Of a stretch of 64,000 nt of DNA, positions 1 through 10,218 are shown in pieces. The DNA comes from Vulcanimicrobiota bacterium. Its GTDB lineage: Bacteria > Vulcanimicrobiota > Vulcanimicrobiia > Vulcanimicrobiales > Vulcanimicrobiaceae. The translations under genes were made by a program, and so were the position numbers. The stretch spans positions 224,001-288,000 of the forward strand of contig CAWCIZ010000002.1 of NCBI GenBank assembly GCA_963795855.1. The letters run 5' to 3'. The number at the start of each line of letters is the position of its first letter. Positions within the stretch are counted from its first letter, which is position 1. Under the pieces are notes generated by a model. The model did no database searches. It worked only from the letters and a program-made list of their open reading frames with translations, and was not told where the DNA came from.

Positions 1-2873
1 ACGGCGACGAGCACAGCTATCCACACAAGTGCCGGCACTGCGACGTCTGCAAATGGTCGCGCGAGTGCCGCTCGCGCCGGTACGACGACGATCACCTCAG
101 TTTGGTCGCGCGCATGCGACGCACGCAAATCGGCAAACTCGATGCCGGCGGCGTTCACACCGTCATCGATCTTGCAGCGGCTCGCGACGACCAACGCCCG
201 GAGGGAATGCATCCGGACACGTTCGTTACGTTGCGCCGCCAAGCCGCGATGCAGGTGCGCGGACGCACCGAGGGGCCGGTCTTCGAGATTTTGGAGCATC
301 AGCCGTTCGAGGGCTTCGGTCTGCTGCCGGCTCCCGACCGCGGAGATGTCTTCTTCGATATGGAGGGCGACCCGCTGTACGAACCCGGACGCGGCCTGGA
401 ATATCTTTTCGGATGCTGGCTGGGCGATGCAGGTGAATTCAAGCCGTTTTGGGCGCTCGACCGCGAGCAAGAAAAGCGCGCGTTCGAGGAGTTCATCGAT
501 TTCATCGGCGAGCGGCGGCAACGCTATCCCGGCATGCACGTCTACCATTACGCGGATTATGAAAAATCAGCGTTGCGCCGGCTGGCGCAGGTGCACGGCA
601 CGCGCGAGGAAGAGGTCGATGCGCTCCTGCGCGGCGAGGTTCTCGTAGACTTGTATACCGTCGTTCGTCAATCGCTGGTCATTTCGGAGGACAGCTACAG
701 CATCAAGCGGCTCGAAAAGTTTTACGGCTTCGAACGCGCGACCGACGTACGCAAAGGCGACGACTCGATCGTCATGTTCGAGACGTGGCTGCAGAACCGC
801 GAGCGCCGCGACATTCTCGAAGATATCGGACGATACAACCAGGACGACTGCCGTTCGACGCTGCTCTTGCGCGACTGGCTGCTGGAACGCCGGACCGAAG
901 CAATCACGGCCTTCGGCGCGCCGATTCCCTTTCACGATGCGAAGCTGCTCTGCCACGCGGAGGAGGCGGAAGGATGCCGCAGCTGCGCGCAGCGCGCAAA
1001 GCAACAGCGCGAAGCGAAACAGACGACCGCGTTGCAGCAACGCCTTCTCGATGGAATCCTCTCGCCGCAGAGCGAGCAAGAATACACGCTGATGAGCGAC
1101 GACCACCGCTCGCGCTATCTTCTCGCGAACTTGCTCGCGTATCACCGGCGCGAGGAGAAGCCGGTGTGGTGGGCGTTCTTCGATCGCTGCGAAAACGTCG
1201 ATGGCCTGCTGGAGTTCGACAAAGACGCCATCGCGGGGCTGCGGTTTTGCGATGACGTCGAACCCGTACGCGAAAAGAACAGCTGGCTGTACACGTACGC
1301 ATTTCCCGAACAGCACTACAAAATCGGCGCCGGCGACGAGGTCTACGATCCGGACACCGGAAAAGGGTGCGGCACCGCCTTTGCCGTGGATTTCGACTGC
1401 AATCGCCTCACGCTCAAGTGGACCGGCACGCTCGACCAGGCGCGCAAAATTCGCGCAATAATTCCGGGTGGGCCGCTGAACACGGACGAACAGAAAGCCG
1501 CGCTAGTCCGCATCGCCGAATCCTATCTATCCGGAACGATTGCACCCGCCACACTAGATCTGCTTCTATCCCGAGATCCGCGCGTCGCTTCATCGCATCA
1601 TGCCCGCGGCGACGCGATTCAGCCCGAATCGGTTACGCCCGAGGCGGTCAGCGCCGTGGTAAGCGCGCTCGATTGCAGCTATTTGTTCGTCCAAGGACCG
1701 CCTGGGAGCGGTAAAACGTGGACGGGCTCGCGCGTTATTTGCGATTTGCTCGCGGCCGGTAAGCGCGTCGGCGTGCTGAGTACCGGTCATAAAGCCATCC
1801 ACCATTTGCTGCATGGCGTCGAACTGTGCATGCTTGAACGCGGCCTGTCGTTTCGCGGCTTGTACAAGTATACGAAGAGCAACGCCAATTCGGAATACGT
1901 CTCGCGCCTGGCGCAACCGTTCGTCACCGCGTGCGCGACAAACGAACCGTTCGAAACGGAGAACTACGATCTCGCCGCAGGAACCGCATGGCTTTTCGCA
2001 CGTGAAGCGCTGACCGCGACCTTCGATTATCTGTTTATCGACGAGGCGGGCCAAGTCTCGCTCGCGGACGCAATTGCGGTATCGGCGGCTGCGAAAAACG
2101 TCGTCTTACTCGGCGATCCGCTGCAACTGGCGCAGGTCTCACAAGGCCTGCATCCGCCGCACGCCGCCGCCTCGGTGCTGGAGCATCTGCTGGGGGAAGC
2201 GCAGACGGTGCCGGAACATCGCGGCGTGTTCTTGGACGTCTCGCGCCGCATGCATCCCGAGATTTGCAGCTTCATCTCGCAGATGGTGTACGGCGGCCGG
2301 TTGCACGCCGAATCCGAACTGGAGAATCAGCGAATCGGAACGCCGCCGTTTGCGGGCGGCTCCCTCGAAGGATCCGGTTTACGGCACATCGCGATTCGCC
2401 ACGAAGGCAACAGCCGCGAATCGCGCGAGGAAGCGGAGCGGATCGTCACCGAGATCGCGCACCTTCTCACCGGCACCGTAACCGACGAGCACGGAGTTAT
2501 TCGCGGCATGACGGCCGGCGACATCATCGTCGTCACTCCGTACAATGCGCAGCGCCGACTGATAAGCAGGCTCCTGCGCGACGCAGGCATAGACGTCCGC
2601 GTCGGAACCGTCGATGCGTTCCAGGGCCAAGAAGCGTTCGTCGTGTTCTACTCCATGGCCACCTCCAGCGGGAACGATATCCCGCGCGACATCGGATTTC
2701 TTTTCGAGCAGAACCGCTTCAACGTCGCCGTCTCTCGTGCTCGCGCTCTCAGCGTCGTCGTATGCAGCCCGGATCTTCTCGACACGAATTGCCGCTCGAC
2801 GGAGCAAATGGCGCTCGTGAACCTTCTGTGCACGTACGCGGAAAGCGCGCGGCGGCCGGCACTTCTTCTATGA
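1..2873 (+). CDS. TM0106-family RecB-like nuclease / RNase H-like domain fused to a Dna2/Upf1-like SF1 helicase (5' end outside window)
   Basis: Frame is open from position 3 (GDEHSYPHKCRHCDVCKWSRECR..DDHLSLVA). Motifs: FFDMEGDP, YHYADYE, YSIKRLE, YNQDDCRST, Walker A QGPPGSGKT, IDEAGQ, LLGDPLQL, RMHP, VVTPYNAQ, TVDAFQGQEA, RFNVAVSRA. Confidence 0.9.
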   Translation, partial: GDEHSYPHKCRHCDVCKWSRECRSRRYDDDHLSLVARMRRTQIGKLDAGGVHTVIDLAAARDDQRPEGMHPDTFVTLRRQAAMQVRGRTEGPVFEILEHQPFEGFGLLPAPDRGDVFFDMEGDPLYEPGRGLEYLFGCWLGDAGEFKPFWALDREQEKRAFEEFIDFIGERRQRYPGMHVYHYADYEKSALRRLAQVHGTREEEVDALLRGEVLVDLYTVVRQSLVISEDSYSIKRLEKFYGFERATDVRKGDDSIVMFETWLQNRERRDILEDIGRYNQDDCRSTLLLRDWLLERRTEAITAFGAPIPFHDAKLLCHAEEAEGCRSCAQRAKQQREAKQTTALQQRLLDGILSPQSEQEYTLMSDDHRSRYLLANLLAYHRREEKPVWWAFFDRCENVDGLLEFDKDAIAGLRFCDDVEPVREKNSWLYTYAFPEQHYKIGAGDEVYDPDTGKGCGTAFAVDFDCNRLTLKWTGTLDQARKIRAIIPGGPLNTDEQKAALVRIAESYLSGTIAPATLDLLLSRDPRVASSHHARGDAIQPESVTPEAVSAVVSALDCSYLFVQGPPGSGKTWTGSRVICDLLAAGKRVGVLSTGHKAIHHLLHGVELCMLERGLSFRGLYKYTKSNANSEYVSRLAQPFVTACATNEPFETENYDLAAGTAWLFAREALTATFDYLFIDEAGQVSLADAIAVSAAAKNVVLLGDPLQLAQVSQGLHPPHAAASVLEHLLGEAQTVPEHRGVFLDVSRRMHPEICSFISQMVYGGRLHAESELENQRIGTPPFAGGSLEGSGLRHIAIRHEGNSRESREEAERIVTEIAHLLTGTVTDEHGVIRGMTAGDIIVVTPYNAQRRLISRLLRDAGIDVRVGTVDAFQGQEAFVVFYSMATSSGNDIPRDIGFLFEQNRFNVAVSRARALSVVVCSPDLLDTNCRSTEQMALVNLLCTYAESARRPALLL

Positions 2874-2951
2874 ATGCGCCACGAAAGGCACGCGCCGCCA
2901 AATCCAGAACACGATGAAGGTCCACACCGTTGCTTGAAGGACGCCCAGCAC
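2868..2951 (-). CDS. Putative 27-aa hydrophobic, Trp-rich peptide (MLGVLQATVWTFIVFWIWRRVPFVAHS)
   Basis: Hand translation: GTG at 2951, TAG at 2870-2868. One hydrophobic stretch followed by RR; weak GAAGG upstream. Confidence 0.35.
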   Translation of the reverse strand: MLGVLQATVWTFIVFWIWRRVPFVAHS

Positions 2952-2981
2952 GTACGTAGCGCCTTCGGCGCGAAGAAACGC

Positions 2982-3006
2982 AAAGGCCCGCGCGAGGCGG
3001 GCCTTT
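2982..3006. terminator. Intrinsic terminator hairpin, possibly bidirectional
   Basis: Perfect 10-bp stem AAAGGCCCGC-gcgag-GCGGGCCTTT between convergent genes. Confidence 0.75.
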
Positions 3007-3019
3007 CAATCAGTCGTCG

Positions 3020-3645
3020 CTATCCGCGGCCATGATGACCGTGGCCGTTATCGTCGTGATGCGAGCGTCCCCTGCCGACGCCGCGTCCGCGCGATTCCTG
3101 CCGTTGTTGCTCGGAATACCGCGGCGCCGCATAGCGCTGCGGAGCGGCATAGTACCGCTGCGGAGCGGACATAGTACCGCTGCGGAGCGGCATAACGCCG
3201 CCGCGCATAACGCTGGTCATCATAATCGCGGCGTTCGGCGGCGTAGCGCGCTGCATAGACTGCCGTGGCGATGCGTGCGGTCGTACTGGCCCGTGCGATT
3301 GTAGTCGTACGCGTAATCGTCCGCGTCGGGTTGATAATACGCGGCTTGGCCCCAGGGATATTGGCCGTTGGCGTTCGGATAAATGGTTTGACCGTTCGGC
3401 ATGACGATGCGGCCGTCGCCGTACACCGTTCCCCCGTTGCGCGTGTAACCGACTATGCTGTTCGCCGCCTGTCTCTTGTGTTCGTAGTTGTTGTAGAGCA
3501 CGATGCCGCCGATAAGCGCGGCGGCTGCCTCGATCATGGTCCACGTCGAGCCCGTGCTCGCCGAAGCGGGACGCGCGAGCGGGCCCGCCGCGAGCGACGC
3601 CGTTATGACGAGTGCGAGTGCAATTCTGGAAAGCCGTTGTAACAT
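3020..3645 (-). CDS. Secreted hypothetical protein with Tyr/Gly-rich core, AAPQRY(Y) repeats and His/Gly-rich tail (two apparent indels)
   Basis: GAGGAG RBS before ATG 3645; signal peptide MLQRLSRIALALVITASLAAGPLARPASA. Coding sense switches frame near 3260 and near 3170, where one repeat copy has an extra base. Confidence 0.7.
3131..3194 (-). repeat. Coding tandem repeat, about 21 bp x3 (GCCGCTCCGCAGCGGTACTAT = AAPQRYY)
   Basis: Three adjacent copies visible, no spacers. Confidence 0.85.
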
Positions 3646-4056
3646 GAGTGCTCCTCGTGCAGAACCCAGCATTTGCTTAGTAAACGTCTGCACGCTGTGC
3701 GAAGTTCCGTCCAACGGTTCTCGGGGCACGTCACCGGACGTTCCGAACATCGAACGCATCCATAGTGCGGCCCGTATGGATTTGCCACTTCTTTGCGCTT
3801 GTCGCGAGTACGTGATTGTGACGGTGCGCGACCGTCAATTTCCCGGAGATCTTACCGTGCGGACGCCCTCGCAGATCGCATACCGATCCGGCGCACGAAC
3901 CGTCGCGGCTGCGGCAATGCTCAGCGGCCTACGCCTTAGGCTCGCTTACTCGTATCCCCGTTGCAAGGGATTGCGCGCCATAACTGCCTGCTTGCACAAT
4001 TTAGTAACCTGGGTGTGCGGAGCGTGGGCAGATGAAGCGATCTCCGTACATCCGGG

Positions 4057-5259
4057 CTAACCGACCGCGGCTTCCACAGCGTCGAGGGCCGAGTCGATCT
4101 CCGCCAACGTGTTGTAATGCGCGATCCCGATTCGTACGACGCCTTGCGCTTCGTCGATACCGAGCTGACGAACGACCTCGAGCGCGAAATTGTGTCCCGA
4201 CCACACAAAGATGTTGCGCCGCGCCAAGAATTGGGCGATGAGGTCGGGCGTCCGGCAATCATGCACGAATGATACCGTAGGCACGCGGCGATCGAACCGG
4301 CTTGGATTGGTTATTCCGACGATCCGGACGCCGCGAATCCGCTCGAGTCCCGTAATGAGGTGCGCCGTAAGCGCGCGTTCGTAGCGTACGAGTGCAGATG
4401 CGTCGTACTGTCCCAAGTACTCCACCGTTGCCGACAGCGCCGCACACTGCTCGATCTGCGGCGTGCCGGTTTCGAATTTGTATGGGAGATCGTCGCTCAT
4501 CGGACGTACCTTATACGCGTACAGCGCTTCCAGCAGCGCTTCGCGCCCGTACACGATGCCGAGGTGCGGACCGTAGAATTTGTAGGACGAGCACGCCAGA
4601 AAGTCGCAATTCAACGCCCGCACGTCGATGACGCCGTGGGGCGCAAATTGGACCGCGTCCACGTACGCCAGCGCTCCGGCCGCGTGAATGCGCTCCACGA
4701 GCGAGCGAACTTCGTTCACGGATCCCGTTAAATTGCTCGCGTAATTCAGCGCGACGATCTTCGTTTTGTTCGAAAGCACGCGGTCGAGCGCATCGGGCTC
4801 GATGCACCACGTCTCTTCGTCGAATCTCGCCCATCGCACCGTAAGATTGCGATCTTCCGCAAGCGCAAGCCACGGCGAAATGTTTGCGTCGTGATCCATG
4901 TGCGTGACCACGATTTCGTCGCCGGGCTGCAGCGATCGGCCAAGACTGCGCGACAGTTCGAACGTCAGCGCGGTCATGCTCGGCCCGAGGATCATTTCGC
5001 GCTCGGAGGTAGCGCCTACGAAACGGGCTGCGGCGCGATGCGCTTCGCGGACGACTTGCTCCGCGGCAATGCTCGTAGTGAAATATCCGCCCAGATTGGC
5101 GTTCGTTTCTAGCAAACACCGCGCGCTCGCATCCGCCACCCGGCGCGGAACTTGCGTGCCCGCGGGATTGTCTAGGTAAACGCGCGGCTTGCTTGCGTCC
5201 GTAATCGCAAGGGCCGGGAACTCGGCGCGGACGGCGTCGATGGGGAAGGTCGTCTGCAT
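4057..5259 (-). CDS. Cysteine desulfurase-like protein (class V aminotransferase, PLP)
   Basis: YLDNPAGTQVP, DHDANISPW, YVDAVQFAPH, CSSYKFYGPHLG, FETGT. Confidence 0.9.
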   Translation of the reverse strand: MQTTFPIDAVRAEFPALAITDASKPRVYLDNPAGTQVPRRVADASARCLLETNANLGGYFTTSIAAEQVVREAHRAAARFVGATSEREMILGPSMTALTFELSRSLGRSLQPGDEIVVTHMDHDANISPWLALAEDRNLTVRWARFDEETWCIEPDALDRVLSNKTKIVALNYASNLTGSVNEVRSLVERIHAAGALAYVDAVQFAPHGVIDVRALNCDFLACSSYKFYGPHLGIVYGREALLEALYAYKVRPMSDDLPYKFETGTPQIEQCAALSATVEYLGQYDASALVRYERALTAHLITGLERIRGVRIVGITNPSRFDRRVPTVSFVHDCRTPDLIAQFLARRNIFVWSGHNFALEVVRQLGIDEAQGVVRIGIAHYNTLAEIDSALDAVEAAVG

Positions 5260-5303
5260 AACCCTCCAAGAGTACTCTAAGCATTCGCGCCTAGGCTATG
5301 ACC

Positions 5304-5732
5304 ATGAACATTCGCAGCATCCTTGCAGCGGGCGCCTTTGCCGCGCTGCTCTCCCCAGTTGCGGCGCTCGCGCAAATGGCGCCCGGCGACGGTCCGCCTC
5401 CCGAAGTGCGCGCACAATTCGAGCAAGCGCGCTCGCAAGCGCAAACCGCGACCATGAGCGACCTGAGCCCCGAGCACCGAGCGAAGGTCCAGGCGATCCT
5501 AGCGCAAGTGCAGAGCGGTTCTTTGGACCGCCGCGCTGCAAGTTCGCAGATCGATTCTCTTCTCTCGCCCGCCGAGTCGCAAGCAGTTCTCGGCGAAGCG
5601 CAAAAGATGCGCGACGCGATGCGCAAGGCCGCGGCGAACGCCCAGCAAACGGATCATATGAACCGTAAACCCGACGCCGGCCGCGTTCTGCTCATGTTGA
5701 ATTTGGCGCCGCGGCCGCCGCAACAGCCGTAA
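5304..5732 (+). CDS. Secreted helical protein, Spy/CpxP-like
   Basis: Signal peptide ending ALA-Q; LSPEHRAKV and LLSPAESQ motifs. TAGGCT lies 6 nt before ATG 5304. Confidence 0.65.
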   Translation: MNIRSILAAGAFAALLSPVAALAQMAPGDGPPPEVRAQFEQARSQAQTATMSDLSPEHRAKVQAILAQVQSGSLDRRAASSQIDSLLSPAESQAVLGEAQKMRDAMRKAAANAQQTDHMNRKPDAGRVLLMLNLAPRPPQQP

Positions 5733-5733
5733 A

Positions 5734-6081
5734 GTGCGCACGAGCCTGCTCGCGCTGCCGGCACTCGCCCTGCTGGCAGCGTGCTCGTCGGCGGCGCATT
5801 TTTCCGACGTCGTCGGAAATCTTCGCGTCACGGGCGACATTCAAGAGAGCCATTTCGCCTCGAAAGCGGGCACGCTCGACGTGCGTCTGTACGATGCGTC
5901 CACCGGCTACCCGGTCGACGCGCGCACCGTAGAAGTCAAGGCCGGCGACGCGCCCGCCGTACGCGCGGCCCGGCCGGAACTGGGGACGTATCACGCGGAT
6001 CTGGCCAATCGCGATCGCATCGATCTGTTCATAACGACGCAAGATCAGCGCAGCGTTTTCATCGCGCTTCAGCAAAACTAA
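5734..6081 (+). CDS. Hypothetical lipoprotein
   Basis: Lipobox LAAC; starts directly after the previous stop. Confidence 0.7.
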   Translation: MRTSLLALPALALLAACSSAAHFSDVVGNLRVTGDIQESHFASKAGTLDVRLYDASTGYPVDARTVEVKAGDAPAVRAARPELGTYHADLANRDRIDLFITTQDQRSVFIALQQN

Positions 6082-6925
6082 CGCCGCGCGTTTCGGGCAG
6101 CGCAGCTGCCGCGGCGACGACCACGCCGTACGCGCACACCGCCACAACGGTCATCGCCGCACCGATATTTCCGTTCGCACTGAGCGCGCCGATTAGCGCG
6201 GGCGCGAAACCGGCGACGCCGCGGCCCAGATTGTAGCAAAATCCTTGCGCGGTCGCGCGCACGTGTCCCGGAAAGAGTTCGCTCAGAAAAGCGCCGAAGC
6301 CGCTGAACGTGCCGGAGGCGAAATAGCCCAGCAGCGGCCCCGCGATGTAAAGTTGCCAATCGACGGTAATCCAGCGTAGATACACCGGTACGAGAATCGC
6401 CGAGCCGGTTGCGAACAGGGCGAAGGTCGTGCGCCGTCCGAGCGCATCGTTGACGTAGCCGGCGCTCACATAGCCCGCGAACGCGCCCGCAATGATGAAA
6501 TAGAGGAACGTGCCGGTGCTGACTGCGGGAAGGTGACGCTGCACGTGCAGATACGTCGGCAGCCACGTGAACACCGCATAGTATCCGCTCTGCGCGCCGA
6601 TCGCGAACAAGCACGCAAGCGTTGTTTTTCGCCACAGTTCGCGCGAAAAGAGTCGTGCAGCGCAATGCGCGACTGCGCGCGAAACAGCGCGCGTCGCTCA
6701 CGTTGCGGCGGATGTAGTACGGCCGCCACGATCTGGAAGACCGTGTTCGCGGCGAGCCATCCCAGCGCCCACGAACTTTGCACCAATCCCAGATTGCGGT
6801 CGCGCCGAGATTGAATGCGACCAGTATCGCGGGCAGCGCATAAACGTACAGATAGAAATCGAACGAGTCGAGCCCCCATCCGAGTGCTGCGGCCAGAAGC
6901 GGAGCACGCCGCGGCCGGTTCCTAC
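6059..6925 (-). pseudogene. MFS transporter (aromatic/sialic acid type), internally deleted and frameshifted
   Basis: TM1 GWGLDSFDFYLYVYAL jumps almost directly to TM5-like LGLVQSSWALGW. C-terminal half intact (GYVNDALGRR, SELFPGHVRATAQG, LPETRG). Only about 870 bp versus about 1.2-1.3 kb expected. Confidence 0.7.
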
Positions 6926-7665
6926 GGCGCGTGTGCCAGCGTTTGCGCCGCGCGTTCCAGGTCGACGGCCAACGCGCGGAGTTCCTTGCAGATGTTCGCG
7001 CTGTTGGCATGGAGAATGTCGCGCCACATCGCTTGGCCGGACCGGCTTAAACGCAGCAGTTCGCGTGCCGCGGGCCCGAGCGCAGTTGATTCCTCCGGCA
7101 GGCGCGCCGCGAACGCATTCGCGAGGATCTGCGGAACGTGGGAAGTCAACGCGACGGCGCGATCGTGCGCGTCGGCATCTATTGCGACGGGACGCGACCC
7201 CAGCGCACCAATGAATTGCGCGGCGTGTCGGTCGAGCTGCGCATCGCCGGTAGGAACGTAGAACCACGTTTTGCCGTCGAACAAATCGCGCTTGGCCGCC
7301 GAAGGCCCGCTGCATTCGCGTCCCGCCATGGGGTGCGTTGCGACGAAGTTTCTCAGACCGCGGGCCGCGCGGACGATCGCCCCCTTCACGGACGACACGT
7401 CCATAATCATGCTCGCGCGAGGCGGTTCGCAACGCATGCGCTCGATCTCCGCAAGCGTACCGCCGACGTGCGCGGCTATCACGATTGTGTCGGCCGCTTC
7501 GAGCAATTGCGCACGGCTGACGCACCGGTCGATTGCGCCGAGACGCGCAGCCTCGCGCGCCGCCGCCTTCTCGAGGTCGAAGCCTGCAACGCAGTAGCCC
7601 ATTTCGCGCGCGCGAATGCCTATGGAAGCGCCGATAAGGCCGGTCCCGATGATGCCGAGCGTCAC
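6922..7665 (-). CDS. tyrA: Prephenate/arogenate dehydrogenase
   Basis: GIIGTGLIGAS, DVSSVK, THPMAGRE, HDRAVALTSHVPQ. GTG start overlaps the aroH stop (GTGA). Confidence 0.9.
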   Translation of the reverse strand: MTLGIIGTGLIGASIGIRAREMGYCVAGFDLEKAAAREAARLGAIDRCVSRAQLLEAADTIVIAAHVGGTLAEIERMRCEPPRASMIMDVSSVKGAIVRAARGLRNFVATHPMAGRECSGPSAAKRDLFDGKTWFYVPTGDAQLDRHAAQFIGALGSRPVAIDADAHDRAVALTSHVPQILANAFAARLPEESTALGPAARELLRLSRSGQAMWRDILHANSANICKELRALAVDLERAAQTLAHAP

Positions 7666-8033
7666 GAAGCCGCCCGTACGAGATCGGGGCGAAGCACGCG
7701 GGCGCCGTCGAGATACACGTGCTCGACCTGCCGTTGCGTGCGCGCGGTGTTGACGTGCATCAGGACGCGAATTACCCGCGGGAGCGAACCCGCGACGTCG
7801 ATTTCCGTAAAGTGCAGCATCGGCACGTGCACCCAACCCATCGCGCGTGCCCCTATTGCCGGGAATGCCGCGCGGAGATCCGGCGTGACGCTGAAAAGCA
7901 CGGACGCTATGTCGTCGATATCGACTTCGTTTTCGTCAATCATCGCAATCAGCAGCCGCTGCGTTACCGCAAATATCGCTTCCGGATCGTCGGCGTGAAC
8001 GGTGATCGCGCCGCGAATGCCGCGAATTTTCAC
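7662..8033 (-). CDS. aroH: Chorismate mutase, AroH class
   Basis: IRGIRGAITV, FSVTPDL..AFPA, LPRVIRVL, HVYLDGARVLRPDL. GTGA overlap with the aroA stop. Confidence 0.92.
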   Translation of the reverse strand: MKIRGIRGAITVHADDPEAIFAVTQRLLIAMIDENEVDIDDIASVLFSVTPDLRAAFPAIGARAMGWVHVPMLHFTEIDVAGSLPRVIRVLMHVNTARTQRQVEHVYLDGARVLRPDLVRAAS

Positions 8034-9328
8034 GAAACCGCCTCGAACAATGCCGTCTCGGCGCGGAGCGTCGACAACGTGCGAAAAAATGCGGGGTATG
8101 AAACGGCGACGCATTCGGCATCGAAAATCGTCGTGTTGCCGCGCGCCGCGAGGGCCGCGACGGTTGCGGCCATGGCGATCCGATGATCGCCGTGCGGATC
8201 CACGAGCCCGCCGCGCAAACGCTGCGGCCCGTCTATGACGAAACCGTCGTCGAGCGTTTCGAGATCGGCGCCCATGACTCGCAGGACGTCGGCGATTGCC
8301 TCGATGCGATCGCTTTCTTTGACCCGCAGCTCGCCCGCTCCGCGCACGACCGTTCGGCCTTGCGCTTGCGTCGCGACGACCGCAAGCAGCGGCAGCTCGT
8401 CGACCAGCGCAGGCACGTCTTCCGCTCGGAGCGTTATGCCGCGCAGCGCGCTGCTGCGGACGCGTAAATCTCCGATCGGTTCCGGATGCGTTCGGCGCAG
8501 TGAAAGCTCGACGTCGGCACCCATCCGCCGCACCGCCTCGAGGAAGCCGCTGCGCGTGGGATTCAGCGAGACGTCACGCAGCACGAGGTCGCTGTCGCGC
8601 GTTACTAGCGCCGCCGCGAGCCACGCCGCCGCGCTCGACGGATCGCCCGGTACTTCCACGAACGCTCCCTGCAAATGCGCGTCGCCCTCGATCGCAATTT
8701 CGTCGTCCGACGCGTCCAGGTGCACGCCGAAACGCGGCAATAAGCGTTCCGTATGATCGCGCGAGCGAATCTTCCCGCGCAACCGCGTTCGCCCGTTCGC
8801 ACGCATGCCGGCGAGGAGCAGCGCGGTTTTGAGCTGCGCGCTCGCGACCGGCAACTCGTAGTCGATCCCCTGAAGAGAGGCGGTGCCCGCGATCTCGAGC
8901 GGTGCAACGCCGCCGGCGCCGAGCAGCATGCGCGCACCCATGCGCTCGAGCGGTTCGGCGACTCGGCGCATCGGGCGCCGCGATAGCGACGCATCCCCCG
9001 TGAGCCGCGCAGTGCCCTCGCGTGCGGCGAGAATGCCCATTAGTAAGCGCATCGTCGTGCCGGAGTTCGCGCAGTCGATCGTCGCGCCGGCGGCGTCGAT
9101 GCCGCCGCCCTGCACCACGACCGCGCCTTCGTTTCGCTGAATCTGCACGCCGCAGGTTTCCAGCGCGCGAATCGTTGCGGCCACGTCGGCGCTGCGCGGA
9201 ACGCCCGTAATACGCGTCCACCCGCGCGCCATGCCGCCGAGCAGCAGCGCGCGATGGGCGATCGATTTATCGCCCGGTACGCGAACGTCCCCGCGCAATG
9301 CGTGCGCGCGGGGGATCTGCACTTCCAT
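8030..9328 (-). CDS. aroA: 3-phosphoshikimate 1-carboxyvinyltransferase (EPSP synthase)
   Basis: PGDKSIAHRA, NSGTTMRL, ASAQLK, RDHTER, LRVKESDR, DHRIAM. Confidence 0.97.
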   Translation of the reverse strand: MEVQIPRAHALRGDVRVPGDKSIAHRALLLGGMARGWTRITGVPRSADVAATIRALETCGVQIQRNEGAVVVQGGGIDAAGATIDCANSGTTMRLLMGILAAREGTARLTGDASLSRRPMRRVAEPLERMGARMLLGAGGVAPLEIAGTASLQGIDYELPVASAQLKTALLLAGMRANGRTRLRGKIRSRDHTERLLPRFGVHLDASDDEIAIEGDAHLQGAFVEVPGDPSSAAAWLAAALVTRDSDLVLRDVSLNPTRSGFLEAVRRMGADVELSLRRTHPEPIGDLRVRSSALRGITLRAEDVPALVDELPLLAVVATQAQGRTVVRGAGELRVKESDRIEAIADVLRVMGADLETLDDGFVIDGPQRLRGGLVDPHGDHRIAMAATVAALAARGNTTIFDAECVAVSYPAFFRTLSTLRAETALFEAVS

Positions 9329-10193
9329 CAGGCGGTGGCCTCACAAAGTTCGACGCGTTCCTTTGCATCATGAAACACGGGAATCCGGGCGAGATCGTCA
9401 ACGATTTGCGCGAAGTCGTCGAAGGTCAGCGCTTGTTCCCTGTCGCTCTTCGCCTCCGGCGGATTCGGATGCACTTCGATGAGAATTCCGTGGGCGCCGA
9501 CCGCTTTGGCCGCGCGGCAGAGCGGGCGTATCCAACGACGCACGCCGACGCCGTGACTGGGATCGACCAGCACCGGCAAATGCGAGCGCTCCCGCAGGAC
9601 GGGAACCGCAGAGAGATCGAGCGTGTTGCGCGTAGCTGTTCGAACGTGCGAATGCCGCGCTCGCACAGGATCACGTTCGGATTGCCTTCGGCGAGAATGT
9701 ACTCTGCAGCCGCGAGCAGCTCGTCGATCGTCGCGGAGAAACCCCGCTTCAGCAGCACCGGTTTACCAGTCCGGCCAACCGATTTGAGCAGGTCGAAATT
9801 CTGCATGTTTCGCGCGCCGATCTGCAGCACGTCCACGTGCAGCGCCATACGCTCGACCTGGTCGATCGTCAACACTTCGCTTACCGTAGGCAGCGCTGCC
9901 GCGCGACCCGCTTCCGCCAGCAGATCCACGCCCTGCCAGCCCAGGCCCTGAAACGCATAGGGACTCGTGCGCGGTTTGAAGGCGCCGCCGCGTAGCATCA
10001 CGGCTCCGAGCGCTTTGGCGCGACGCGCCGTTTGCAAGATCTGTTCCCGCGACTCGACCGCGCATGGACCGGCGATGATTGCGAATTCCCCGTCGCCGAT
10101 TCGAATGCCGTCCACCTCGACGGACGTACCGCGCGGCTGCGCCTGCCGCGATACGCGCGGCAGCGAAAACTCTTGAACGACCTGCTTGAACAT
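9328..10193 (-). CDS. aroF: DAHP synthase, class I-beta (one indel near 9640)
   Basis: IAGPCAVES, RGGAFKPRTSPY, IGARNMQN, LKRG. ERGIRTFE-[A missing from an A-run]-TATRNTLD restores the motif; DPSHG and EVHP follow. Confidence 0.92.
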
Positions 10194-10218
10194 GACGGGC
10201 TCCTACGAACGCACGGAC

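Noticed and set aside
3131..3194. 21-bp repeats as a possible CRISPR array
   Set aside because: The copies are adjacent without spacers, encode AAPQRYY, and no cas genes are present.
3760..4056. Possible ncRNA or small gene in the 300-bp gap
   Set aside because: Only short hairpins and an ORF without RBS or motifs; nothing supportable.
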